64,000 nt of DNA from Spirochaetota bacterium (GTDB lineage Bacteria; Spirochaetota; UBA4802; UBA5550), in NCBI GenBank assembly GCA_963664815.2, contig CAXXHB010000003.1, forward strand, positions 1,920,001-1,984,000. Reading direction: 5' to 3'. Positions 52,136-61,979 of the stretch are shown here, piece by piece. Position 1 is the first letter of the stretch, and every line of letters begins with the position of its first letter. A program made the position numbers and the translations under genes. The notes under the pieces are model-generated. The model ran no database searches and had not been told where the DNA came from. It saw only the letters and a program-made list of their open reading frames with translations.

Positions 52136-53209
52136 CTATATATCCAGGGGACTCTTGATGCTCCTGAGTTTACCCGTACTTACATGTGTATAAATCATCG
52201 TGGTATCAGGACTTTGATGCCCTAATAGTTCCTGTATATATCGTATATCTATACCCTGTTCAAGCAGATGTGTAGCAAAACTATGCCTTAAAGAGTGAAC
52301 TGTAACTGCTTTTTTTATACCGGCTTTTACTACAGCGCGTTGAAAAATATTCTGGACAGATCTCCCTTTGATGTGGCTCCCATCCTCCTGCCCTTTAAAA
52401 AGCCAGTTTTCAGGATGATATATCTCAATGTAAGATTTTAAAAGGGCAAGAAATGTTTCGGACAGAAGAGTGGCACGATCCTTCCTCCCCTTTCCGCACC
52501 TTAAATTGATGGCACCCCTGCCAATGTCTATATCGCTCAGCTTTATTGTAACTGCCTCGTTTAGCCTCAATCCGGCGGAATAAATTAATGCAATAATTGT
52601 TTTATGCTTCAGATTTTCTATACTTTCAAGTAAAGAATGAACTTCAGGTTTACTTAAAACAACAGGAAGCTTTTTATCCCTTTTAGGCGGCGTAATTTCA
52701 TAAATAAAATCTCTCTTTAATACCTCACCATAATAAAATCTGAGAGAATTGATCATCAGCTGCACTGTCGCTGCGCTTAGATTTTTTTCTGAAACTTTGG
52801 AAGAAAGAAATACCGTTATATCCTGCTGTATAATGCTTTCAGGTTTTTTTTCAGAAAAGACAAGAAGATCTGCATTATAGTGAAGGTAGCTTTTAATTGT
52901 GCTGCGGCTGTATTTTCTTATTATAAGTTCATCTTTAAGCGCTTTAAGAAATTCATCCGGAAAGTCATTGTTGCCGTTGGCAGGTGTGGCATCACTGCCA
53001 ATGTATACACAATATTTCAGATTAACTACTGTTTCAAGCAGTCTGTCAAAGTTCTCTTTCCTGTCAGGAATATACCATATTTTTCCTGCATTATCCCATC
53101 TTCTGCCTGATATACCTCTGATTACTGTAAGCAATTCCTGATTATACATGAATTTTACAGCAAGATGAGAATTGTCAGACGAGGCTATATGAATTTCATT
53201 TTTATTCAT
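52136..53209 (-). CDS. Integron-associated tyrosine recombinase (HARP-like N-terminus, SAM-like domain, no IntI insertion)
   Basis: YSRSTIKSY, LPVVLS, YSAGLR, GKGRKDR, HSLRHSFATHLLE, LLGH, TTMIYTHV, SPLD; adjacent to attC array. Confidence 0.9.
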   Translation of the reverse strand: MNKNEIHIASSDNSHLAVKFMYNQELLTVIRGISGRRWDNAGKIWYIPDRKENFDRLLETVVNLKYCVYIGSDATPANGNNDFPDEFLKALKDELIIRKYSRSTIKSYLHYNADLLVFSEKKPESIIQQDITVFLSSKVSEKNLSAATVQLMINSLRFYYGEVLKRDFIYEITPPKRDKKLPVVLSKPEVHSLLESIENLKHKTIIALIYSAGLRLNEAVTIKLSDIDIGRGAINLRCGKGRKDRATLLSETFLALLKSYIEIYHPENWLFKGQEDGSHIKGRSVQNIFQRAVVKAGIKKAVTVHSLRHSFATHLLEQGIDIRYIQELLGHQSPDTTMIYTHVSTGKLRSIKSPLDI

Positions 53210-53564
53210 TATTTAACTTGCTCATCATTGCAACCGGCTATTAATACGTATCAGAATTGCCGTTATTTCAATACATTTTTTCAAATATTCAAATAAATAT
53301 CAGGATTGTTTCCAAACCGGCATTTTTATAATCCTGTGCATAAAAAGATAATACAATATAAACTACTACCTGTTTTGCAACCAGCCCGGCTGTTATGTGA
53401 AACTTCACTATTACTCTTAAGGCGGTCTGCCGGTAGCCTGTATATAAACTGCTTTTCATACTTTATAAAATCCATAATTTCCTGAAGTTTTCTTTTATCA
53501 CAAAACCGGTAATCACGTTGTTGAGCTGGCTGCCGCGCAATGAAGGAATATGAAAAATGTTATA

Positions 53565-53580
53565 AGCACAAATCGTGCCG
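53565..53580 (-). promoter_or_regulatory. Possible sigma54 (-24/-12) promoter
   Basis: Minus strand CGGCACGATTTGTGCT: GG-N10-GC spacing. Confidence 0.45.
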
Positions 53581-53720
53581 AAAACCGCAGTAGGCTGCAG
53601 TGATTATGCACCATCTGTCGCCATGTATATGCCTTTTATCCGTCACAAATCCGCCATGTATCCGGCGAAGTAACATCAGAATTTTTTTTGCTTTTCCCGG
53701 AAATTTTTTAAATTCCCCGA

Positions 53721-54009
53721 TTTCTTTAACCACACCGTTCCCCGGGTGTTTTTAAGTAAAACCGGAAATGTATCGAGGGGACCACTACAGGAAAATTGTT
53801 TTCTTAAAATATATTAATAATATCATTCGTCTGAACACGATTACAGGATTAAAGGATTGGCAGGATTTTGGTTCATGTGCTCTCTGTTGATCGCTTTGAT
53901 GCTGTTCGTAATGAAATATTATCAATATACCCGTGTCAACGATGGAACCGCACCTTCCCTTTTCTTTAACCACACCGCTCCACTGGTTTTTTATGTGAAA
54001 CCGGAAATG
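53721..54009. repeat. Two imperfect about 50-bp direct repeats 240 bp apart
   Basis: TTTCTTTAACCACACCG...AAACCGGAAATG at 53721-53770 and 53961-54009. Confidence 0.75.
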
Positions 54010-54166
54010 CTATAGTCACCCCTCGCCATTTGGAGAGGGGCCGGGGGTGAGGTCTGCATCGTGCATCATCTGATTCAGATTCAAATTCACTGCAGATTTA
54101 TGACAAAATCCCGACTCTGTTTACAGAGTATTCAGTATCGCTTCAATTACGCCTCAAACACGCTAC

Positions 54167-54712
54167 CTACAGCTTTAAACGCGCGTTTTTCTCTGCCGGT
54201 AACGGTGTTGAAACGGTATTGAAACGGTTTTTAACAGGGTCTACATACTGCTTAAGTACTGTTTTAACAGCTTCACCTCTGTCTTTTCCCGCATTAATAT
54301 TACTCTGCCCACCTGCTGTTCTGCTGTTTTCTGAATGGTAACCGGCATATTCTGTAATATCACCAGAAGCGGATACAACCACTGCATCCCCTGTTCCGCC
54401 GATTCGCGATGGAGTAACAGGTGAACCTGGAGCAATGCCGCGAAGGTATTCAGACATAAAAAGGTTGTACCCTGACTTTTTCTTCCTCTTTGCCCTGTTT
54501 CTGTAGAGAGCTTTCTCCTCTTCCGGAAGAACCTGCCAGGCCTTTACGCCGCCGCCGAAATTACCCCTGCACTTCACCTGCGGTTCAGTACGCGGATTGG
54601 AGGGAATTGTGCGTGCTTTAATGTAGATTTTACCATAACGCCTGTAAAGCACAAGATCGCCCATACCTCCATGCGCAGTTCTTAAATAGGGATGAAGCTT
54701 AACTTTTGCCAT
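54167..54712 (-). CDS. Basic putative DNA-binding protein (DUF6266/HMG-box-like)
   Basis: GGMGDLVLYRRYGK...SNPRTEPQ...WQVLPEEEKALY...SGYNLFMSEY; AGGAG RBS. Confidence 0.6.
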   Translation of the reverse strand: MAKVKLHPYLRTAHGGMGDLVLYRRYGKIYIKARTIPSNPRTEPQVKCRGNFGGGVKAWQVLPEEEKALYRNRAKRKKKSGYNLFMSEYLRGIAPGSPVTPSRIGGTGDAVVVSASGDITEYAGYHSENSRTAGGQSNINAGKDRGEAVKTVLKQYVDPVKNRFNTVSTPLPAEKNARLKL

Positions 54713-54864
54713 AGATATACACTCCTTTATTGCTGTTATATTTTATCGTAATTTATATAGAAACTTATGTCTCTAATAACCAGTGCGGAAAAACAAATGA
54801 CATGGGGCAAGCAGAATTTTTAAAAATTTTATATCTTAATAAACCAGGTTTATCAAAGAAGATA

Positions 54865-55034
54865 TTCTGCTTTGCCCCTTCCGGGCGCCCGAGCGCAGCG
54901 ACAAAGTACCCTTGGGGTAGGTGCGGGGGCTGATAAGTCCAGGTTGCTGAAGGTATACTATACAGACAGTTCTGCCTTGCCCCTTCCGGGCGCCCGAGCG
55001 TAGCGACAAAGTACCCTTGGGGTAGGTGCGGGGG
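54865..55034. repeat. Two 65-bp GC-rich direct repeats (REP/MITE-like)
   Basis: TTCTGC..TGCCCCTTCCGGGCGCCCGAGCGYAGCGACAAAGTACCCTTGGGGTAGGTGCGGGGG at 54865 and 54970. Confidence 0.85.
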
Positions 55035-55192
55035 GGTCTGAGCTGCGTCAAATTGTACGGGGTCCGGGCTGTTACGGCTGCTGAACGTATATTTTCAATG
55101 CTGTACTACTGCTTTCCCCTGTTACGATACTATACATTTATATTCATTGACATTTTTTATATATATTTAAAAGTTGAAAAAAATAATTAAGG

Positions 55193-55426
55193 AGAAATCA
55201 TTCCGGAACTGACTGTAATATTTAAACCAGAACCGGAGCTGTAGAATACTGAATCGATACCAATAACCGTTTTTTAAGTAAAGTAAATCATTTTAACTAC
55301 TTGAAAGGGGTGAAATATGTATATCGGGTATTTTCTGCAGAAAGGGATTTCTTATAATTATTAATACCTCCCTCATTATTAAACAATCCTGAATAACATT
55401 TTTGCCCCTTGTAATTTACAGGAGGC
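55193..55426 (+). ncRNA. Candidate structured 5' leader RNA
   Basis: Nested complementary segments and an RBS-occluding hairpin; no known family recognised. Confidence 0.35.
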
Positions 55427-55430
55427 ATAT

Positions 55431-56225
55431 ATGCTGATCACCCGGAATCAAAGGGAAAATCTTAACAATCTTTTTGACAGATTAAAATTAAACAATAAGC
55501 ATGGAAAGGATCATGATGCTAAAATCGAACAGATTCTCTCTTATCTGGAGATTATCCATGCTGAAATAAGAAGATATTCTATGAAAAGAAACCTTGTTTT
55601 CATAGAGAGCTGCGCAGGGAACTGCTGTCTAAGCTTTCTTGTTTATTATTACTACACACATATTGAAAAACGTCCGGTGTCAATACATTGCGTTGATATC
55701 AACAATAAGCTTTTATTCAATGCAGAAAAAACAGCTGCAGAGATGGGATTCGACAGAATGTATTTTCATAACTGCGACATTCTGAATTACAATGCTGCCG
55801 GGAATATTGATCTTGTTTACTCTCTCCATGCATGTGACACGGCTACAGACGGAACGATTTTTCTCGGTTTGAAAAACAGGGCAAAAACAATACTCTCAGT
55901 TTCATGCTGTCAGCATTCAATCAAGAAACAGCTGAGAAATCCCCGGTACAGAGTAATAACCAAGCATGGTGTGTTTAAAGACCGAATCGTTTACATGGCG
56001 GGGGACTCATTACGTGCGCTCCTTCTGGAAATGAACGGATATAAAACAGATATTTTTGAATTTGTGTCCTCCCGGTACACGGATAAAAACATCATGATAA
56101 GGGGACGTATCGGGAACTGCATCAATCGCGGGGAATTACTTGAGGAATATACAAAAGTCAGCAATGAATTTCATTTAAAACCGGCGCTTGAAAGATATTT
56201 AAAAGACTTTTCTTCTGTAATTTAA
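55431..56225 (+). CDS. SAM-dependent methyltransferase
   Basis: IESCAGNCCLSF, CVD, SLHACDTATD, VSCCQH. Confidence 0.85.
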   Translation: MLITRNQRENLNNLFDRLKLNNKHGKDHDAKIEQILSYLEIIHAEIRRYSMKRNLVFIESCAGNCCLSFLVYYYYTHIEKRPVSIHCVDINNKLLFNAEKTAAEMGFDRMYFHNCDILNYNAAGNIDLVYSLHACDTATDGTIFLGLKNRAKTILSVSCCQHSIKKQLRNPRYRVITKHGVFKDRIVYMAGDSLRALLLEMNGYKTDIFEFVSSRYTDKNIMIRGRIGNCINRGELLEEYTKVSNEFHLKPALERYLKDFSSVI

Positions 56226-56292
56226 ACTTTTAAATATCTGTGATTCACTCCGGTCACTATGCATGTCCGGAGTGAACAATCTGTTATCGCCA

Positions 56293-57015
56293 TTAAAGAT
56301 TTTTTCTCTGCCATTCAGCAGCCTTCCGGCGGCTTATCTGTTCTTTGCGGTCATGTTCTTCAATCTCATTCATAGCTTTTATAACATCCGCTTCTGTTAT
56401 TTTATCAGGGTTATAATAATCGAGAAAAATCTCAGCTTCAATAAACGGGAAATATTCAAATACCTTTATCTGCATTGCGCGGGAACATCCAAGCAATGAT
56501 ATAGCTATTGTACGGTAATCAATAACTCCCAGATCTGCCGGATTGCCGCCTATGATTTTATACAGAAAAATTGTTTCGATTTTATTTACAAGTTCCGGAT
56601 CAATTTTAAACAATATTGATGTGCTGAAAAACTCATTCTTACGTCTTTCCAGTTTAAGATGTTTTTCAAAATAGAGATTTTCTATATCCGGATCCACAAG
56701 CATAAAAAGCCTTAATCTTAAAATAAACGGTGAACCTGAGCCGGATTGTATCATTGAGAGAGCAATCTGAACTATCTTTTTTAAAAGCTTTGTATCAATA
56801 TCGTTTTCAGATTCAACAAGGTCTGACAGATGTTTCCAGACAATTTCCGGATCTGTACCTTTCGTAATCATTTCCAGGGCATTCGAAAGATAACTGTAAT
56901 TGCCGGTCAGATAACCGTACTTCTCTAATTCTATCAATCCCCTTGTAATTGCTATTTCGTATAATGAGGTCAAAATATGAATAAGGTCCATCTGATTTTT
57001 TTTAATGTTATCCAT
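56293..57015 (-). CDS. Soluble MotA-cytoplasmic-like plus FliG-C-like protein
   Basis: RGLIELE...GTDPEIV and IQSG.SPFIL resemble MotA; IDYRTIAISLLGCS...DVIKAMNEI resembles FliG C-terminus. Confidence 0.55.
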   Translation of the reverse strand: MDNIKKNQMDLIHILTSLYEIAITRGLIELEKYGYLTGNYSYLSNALEMITKGTDPEIVWKHLSDLVESENDIDTKLLKKIVQIALSMIQSGSGSPFILRLRLFMLVDPDIENLYFEKHLKLERRKNEFFSTSILFKIDPELVNKIETIFLYKIIGGNPADLGVIDYRTIAISLLGCSRAMQIKVFEYFPFIEAEIFLDYYNPDKITEADVIKAMNEIEEHDRKEQISRRKAAEWQRKNL

Positions 57016-57044
57016 GAGGGTATAAATCCTTATAATATAATATT

Positions 57045-58028
57045 TTAATCAATTGCTTGAAACGGAATTCTATTATGTTTTGAGTATTCTTCAGAAAAGG
57101 AATTTTTATATCCGTAAATTGTTACTCCGGTGCATTCGAAAAACGCAGACGACTGAATTATATTGACGCTGCCTGGTATGGTGACAGATTTAAGGCCTGT
57201 GCATCTGCTGAATGCCCTTTCCCCTATAATGGTCACTCCTGCAGGAATTATGATGCTGTTTATTCCGGTACAGCAGGAAAACGCATCCATTTCTATCTCA
57301 TTAACTCCATCCGGAATAATATATGTTTTCTCTTTTTTCCCTTCAGGGCATTGACGAAGAATTCTGCCATCCCCTGAAAACAGCACTCCATCGATGCTCT
57401 CAAATATCTTGTTCTCTTTTTTTACATTGATTTCTGAAAGAGAGATACATCCGGCAAACGCTATACCACCCACTTTAGTTATACCTGCAGGGAGAGTAAC
57501 AGATGTAAGGGCCGTACAGCTGGCAAACATACCCATAGGTATTTCAGTTATTTTTTCCGGTAAAGAAATACTTTTAAGTCCTGTACAGTGTGCAAAGGCA
57601 AACTCATAGATTGAAATCACGCTATCCGGTATTTTAATATCTGCAAGAGAGGCACAGCCGGAAAAAGCTTGATACCCGATTAAAGTCACATTGTGCGGTA
57701 TTGTAATACTTAGCAGGCCCGTACAGCCGGTAAAGGAGGAATCTCCAATTACAGTTACTTTATCCGGTATAGTAATATTTTTAAGTCCCGTGCAGCCGTT
57801 AAATGCTTTTCTGCCGATTTCTGTTACCGGCTTTCCTTCTATAAATTCCGGAATTACTACATTACCCCCCTTGCCGTTGTATTTCTCAATAGTGATTTCA
57901 CCTTTATTGTCACTGTAACTGAAATTACTATAATTACCGGCCTTAAGAGGAATTGATGAAATAAAAAACAATAAAAACATTGTGATGAAAAGGTAAAGTG
58001 ATATTTTCTTGCAGAGCATCAGAACCAA
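57045..58028 (-). CDS. BspA/TpLRR leucine-rich-repeat surface protein
   Basis: Signal peptide; repeated IPxxVTxIGxxAFxGCTGLxSI units. Confidence 0.93.
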   Translation of the reverse strand: MVLMLCKKISLYLFITMFLLFFISSIPLKAGNYSNFSYSDNKGEITIEKYNGKGGNVVIPEFIEGKPVTEIGRKAFNGCTGLKNITIPDKVTVIGDSSFTGCTGLLSITIPHNVTLIGYQAFSGCASLADIKIPDSVISIYEFAFAHCTGLKSISLPEKITEIPMGMFASCTALTSVTLPAGITKVGGIAFAGCISLSEINVKKENKIFESIDGVLFSGDGRILRQCPEGKKEKTYIIPDGVNEIEMDAFSCCTGINSIIIPAGVTIIGERAFSRCTGLKSVTIPGSVNIIQSSAFFECTGVTIYGYKNSFSEEYSKHNRIPFQAID

Positions 58029-58097
58029 CCTTTACGTTAACCGGTAATGTTACATGGTTAGAAAAAAATCACTGAATAAGGGATATTTTTCTAACTA

Positions 58098-59588
58098 CTA
58101 AATCTTAATCTTATTGAATTCCTTATTCATAACTTTAAAATAATCATCATAATACAATAGACAATACTGTAATATTTTTTCTTTATTAAAATCGTAATTG
58201 GATCCAAAAGCCTGTTTATACTGAAGGATTCTTAAACAGTAATCAAAGTATACTTTCGAAAAAAGTCTCAAATAAACAGTCGAATATTTCGCTGAAGGAT
58301 TCTTCTTATTAAAAGTTTCAATTTTATTTTTTAATGATACCAGGCTGACATCATATTTTTTTATACTATCCCCCAGCCTTTTAACCACCTCTTCATCAGA
58401 AGCGTTCTCTTTATCTTTATTGATAATTTCATCTATTTTTCTCTTTTCCTCATCCTGAAGCTTCTTAATACTTTCAAAAAAGTCAACGATTACAAGAGGT
58501 AAAAAACGGGGATTTGCTGTAATGATTTTTCACCTGTAACCGCTGTCAGGGTTGAAATTATCAATTTTATCCCATGCGTTGAAAAGTGTGCCGATCTCGT
58601 TAGGAAAACTTTCTATATCTGACTTTGCATCCTCCCCCCTTCTGCTGTAAGGTGAGATTGAATAGTTTTCATAAATCCTTTTAAACTCGGCAGGACTGGT
58701 ATTATATAATCTGTTTTTAATCTCATTCGCAGAAAGTATAACTTTTGCAAGCATTCCTTTTTCACTTGTAAAATATATAAATGAATCAAAAATCTTTGTG
58801 TTATCTGAAAATGATACAGATATGTATGCAGCCTTTTTTATATTATCGAATATAAGATCCTTTAAAGTTTTCATCTCTTCTAATGGCAATATAAATGAAT
58901 TATCTGTCTGGTAGGCCTCATAAAAACATTTCATTGCTTTCGCATACCCCTGTATTGTCTGGTCGCTTTCTGCATCAATTCCCATAAGATAAAGTCTATA
59001 CGCTTCACGGTTTGTTGTAAATTTATAAAAGGAGGCGAAATCCCTGTAATACGATTCAAACATGGTGTTTATTGAATAAGCGGTTTTTTCCGCGATATTT
59101 TCCTCAATATAAAACAGACTGTCGGGATATTTCTCTTTCATCACTATAGGTGTAATCTTTACTTCACCGCTTGTCACGTCAACCAGCTGTATCATCACTT
59201 TTATCTCATTTCCGGCAACACGGTATGTACCGCTGAGTACAAGATCAACATCCAGTTTTTCAAATTTATCAATCTGATTCTTTATTGAATCCTCATCGCC
59301 AACTCCTGAAAACTGTGCAAATGCCAGCTGCTGTATATAATAAGTACGCACTTCATTTGGATCAACAACTGAAAGCTCTTTAACCTGAGATAATGACTGT
59401 TTAAGACTAATAGATATCTCCTTGCCAATTGAATCTATATCTTTGCCTTTTTTACCCAGATTTTCAAGGGGGAGAATGACAAGTTTCTTAAATGATTTTT
59501 TCTCCGATGAATTTACAATTGTATAATTTGACGTAAGGCAAATGGATAAAAAAATAATGCAGAGGGCAATTCTTCTTTTTAATTGCAT
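58098..59588 (-). pseudogene. Exported TolB-N/FlgO-like protein interrupted by one in-frame TGA
   Basis: ORFs 58530..59588 and 58098..58388 share a frame; only TGA at 58530-58532 interrupts (GYR*KIITANP...). Confidence 0.6.
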
Positions 59589-59697
59589 GGGAAAACACCT
59601 GGATAGATTTTTATATTATACATATTTAAAATAATATAATTTCATTTCTGTCAATTATAATAATAACACAGCTTATCCTCAGTATTTTTATTCAGAA

Positions 59698-60636
59698 TTA
59701 TATACCAACAGAATCAAATACCCGTTTAATCTCATCTTTGTAATGAAAAATACTCCCTGATTTCCGAATTCTCTTTTCAATCTTTCTGCTGTCTGGAAAA
59801 CTCTGAGAAATATAAAACCACAGACCTCTCATTTTATCAAGCACATGAGCATCGGACTGCAGGTCGTTTATATATGCATCAAGCAGATAACCGGTAAAGT
59901 TTTTAATCCTTTCAATCTTTTCGCTTTCTGGTATAGCTTTTCCGTTTTTAATTTCCATGGCTAAACATGGATTAATAAGCAGCCCTCTCCCTATCATCCA
60001 GCCGTTCACGGAAGGGAATCTCCCGAAAAGAGTTTTGAAATCATCCTCTTTTTTAATATCCCCGTTATAAATAACAGGTTTCTCTGAAAGTTTAAGTGCT
60101 TTCTCAAATGCATCTAAATCTACATCACCTGTGTACATCTGTCCTCCTGTTCTGGGATGGATAATTATCTCTTTAACAGGGAAGGAGTTTATTACAGGTA
60201 TAAGTTTCAGAATCTCATCAGGTGCATGCATTCCAATTCTCATTTTTATTGAGATCGGTAGGGTTAAGCTGCTGCAGACTTTTTCAAGGAATAATGATAT
60301 ACTGTCGGGATGTTCTAATAATGCTGAACCTTCACCTTTTTTTACAACAGCTGCGAAGGGGCATCCCAGATTCCAGTTTACCTCTTTGCATCCGTAACCT
60401 TCAAGTTTCCGCGCAAGCGAGATAAACTCATCCGGCGACTTTGTCAGTATCTGCGGAACTGTCCTTACAGCTGTATTTAACTCCGGCGATAATGCCTTTA
60501 ATTTACTTTCACTGTCCGATTTTGTTACGAAGGGAGCAAGGACGGAGTCTACACCACCGAAATGCCTTATAAATGCATTCCGGAATGTTCTGTCCGTAAT
60601 CCCTTTTATCGGGGCAAGATGTATTAATGTTTTCAT
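59698..60636 (-). CDS. tRNA-dihydrouridine synthase family protein
   Basis: LAPIKGITD, NLGCP, GSALL, SIKMRIG, IHPRT, NGDI, MIGRG. Confidence 0.92.
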   Translation of the reverse strand: MKTLIHLAPIKGITDRTFRNAFIRHFGGVDSVLAPFVTKSDSESKLKALSPELNTAVRTVPQILTKSPDEFISLARKLEGYGCKEVNWNLGCPFAAVVKKGEGSALLEHPDSISLFLEKVCSSLTLPISIKMRIGMHAPDEILKLIPVINSFPVKEIIIHPRTGGQMYTGDVDLDAFEKALKLSEKPVIYNGDIKKEDDFKTLFGRFPSVNGWMIGRGLLINPCLAMEIKNGKAIPESEKIERIKNFTGYLLDAYINDLQSDAHVLDKMRGLWFYISQSFPDSRKIEKRIRKSGSIFHYKDEIKRVFDSVGI

Positions 60637-60689
60637 AAAGAAAATTCTGCCATTATAATCATACCGGCGTCAATGATTTAACTGTATTT

Positions 60690-61676
60690 TTATCTGCTTA
60701 AAATTTTCATCATTGCTTCCGGATAACGTAATCCGCTTGCCGCGTCCGGAGGGAATATTTCATTTATCTCTTTCATCTCCGCTTCGGTGAATTTAATTTC
60801 AACCGACCTGACATTTTCTTCCATGTGTGATCTTTTTGTTGTTCCAGGTATAGGGACAATATTTTTACTTCGGTTTAAAACCCAGGCAAGTGCAAGCTGC
60901 CCCGGTGTTACATTTCGTTTTACTGCTAGCTTTTTTATTCTTTCAACCAGCTCAAGATTTTTACTGAAATTCTCACCCTGAAAGCGCGGAGAGTTTCTCC
61001 TGTAATCATCTTCAGAAAAGTCTTCATAATTTTTAAATTTATCTGCGAGGAAACCCCTCCCTATCGGACTGTAAGCCACAAACCCTATTCCAAGTTCCTC
61101 AACCGTCTTAAATATTTCAATCTCGGGATCACGGGTCCATAGCGAATATTCAGTCTGAAGCGCGCTCACCGGATGTATGACATTTGCCCTTCTTATGGTG
61201 TTTACTCCGGCCTCCGACATCCCTATATATCTGATTTTGCCCTCTTTGACAAGCTCACTCATTGTTCCGATCGTATCCTCTATCGGCACTTCGGGATCAA
61301 CCCTGTGCTGATAATAAAGATCTATACAGTCAATTCCAAGCCTTTTTAACGACCCCTCGCAGGACTTTCTTATATATTCAGGCTTGCTGTTTAATCCCCG
61401 TACATTCGGATCGCTAGTACGCACAATGCCGAACTTTGTAGCAATTATCAGCTTGTCTCTTATCCCCTTAATTGCCTTACAAAGAAGCTCTTCATTTTTA
61501 TAAGGCCCATACATGTCGGATGTATCGAGAAAATTTATTCCAAGTTCAACAGCACGGTGAATTGTGGCAATAGATTCACTCTCGTCAGCATGACCGTAAA
61601 AATCGCTCATACCCATACAGCCAAGACCCAGAGCAGATACCTCCAGCCCCTGTTTTCCAAGTTTTCTTTTTTCCAT
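60690..61676 (-). CDS. Aldo/keto reductase
   Basis: [33 protein letters not shown]. Confidence 0.96.
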   Translation of the reverse strand: MEKRKLGKQGLEVSALGLGCMGMSDFYGHADESESIATIHRAVELGINFLDTSDMYGPYKNEELLCKAIKGIRDKLIIATKFGIVRTSDPNVRGLNSKPEYIRKSCEGSLKRLGIDCIDLYYQHRVDPEVPIEDTIGTMSELVKEGKIRYIGMSEAGVNTIRRANVIHPVSALQTEYSLWTRDPEIEIFKTVEELGIGFVAYSPIGRGFLADKFKNYEDFSEDDYRRNSPRFQGENFSKNLELVERIKKLAVKRNVTPGQLALAWVLNRSKNIVPIPGTTKRSHMEENVRSVEIKFTEAEMKEINEIFPPDAASGLRYPEAMMKILSR

Positions 61677-61979
61677 GGCAAACCTCCCCTAACTGTTATA
61701 ATATTTATTACATTTAACTATATCTGTTTTTTTGTCAGTAAATATTTTTAAAATTTAAAATGTTATGTCTTAAAGCTATAATAAAAGCTATGATATATAA
61801 CTGTTTTTATTATTCAAAATATATATTAATATACAAAATATTTTCAGCATATCAATGGTCTTTAAAATAGAAATTGTCTGCTTTACTTTAAATGTCTTTC
61901 TGGTGTTGTAATTTTATTGACATTAAATATACATATTATTCTAAAGCATAAGAGAATCTAAGGAGAGTATTTTGTTATT

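Noticed and set aside
54865-55034. CRISPR array
   Set aside because: Only two 65-bp units, too long for CRISPR repeats, and no cas genes
58530-58532. Alternative genetic code (TGA=Trp) or selenoprotein
   Set aside because: Other genes such as gspC terminate normally at TGA; no redox motif or clear SECIS
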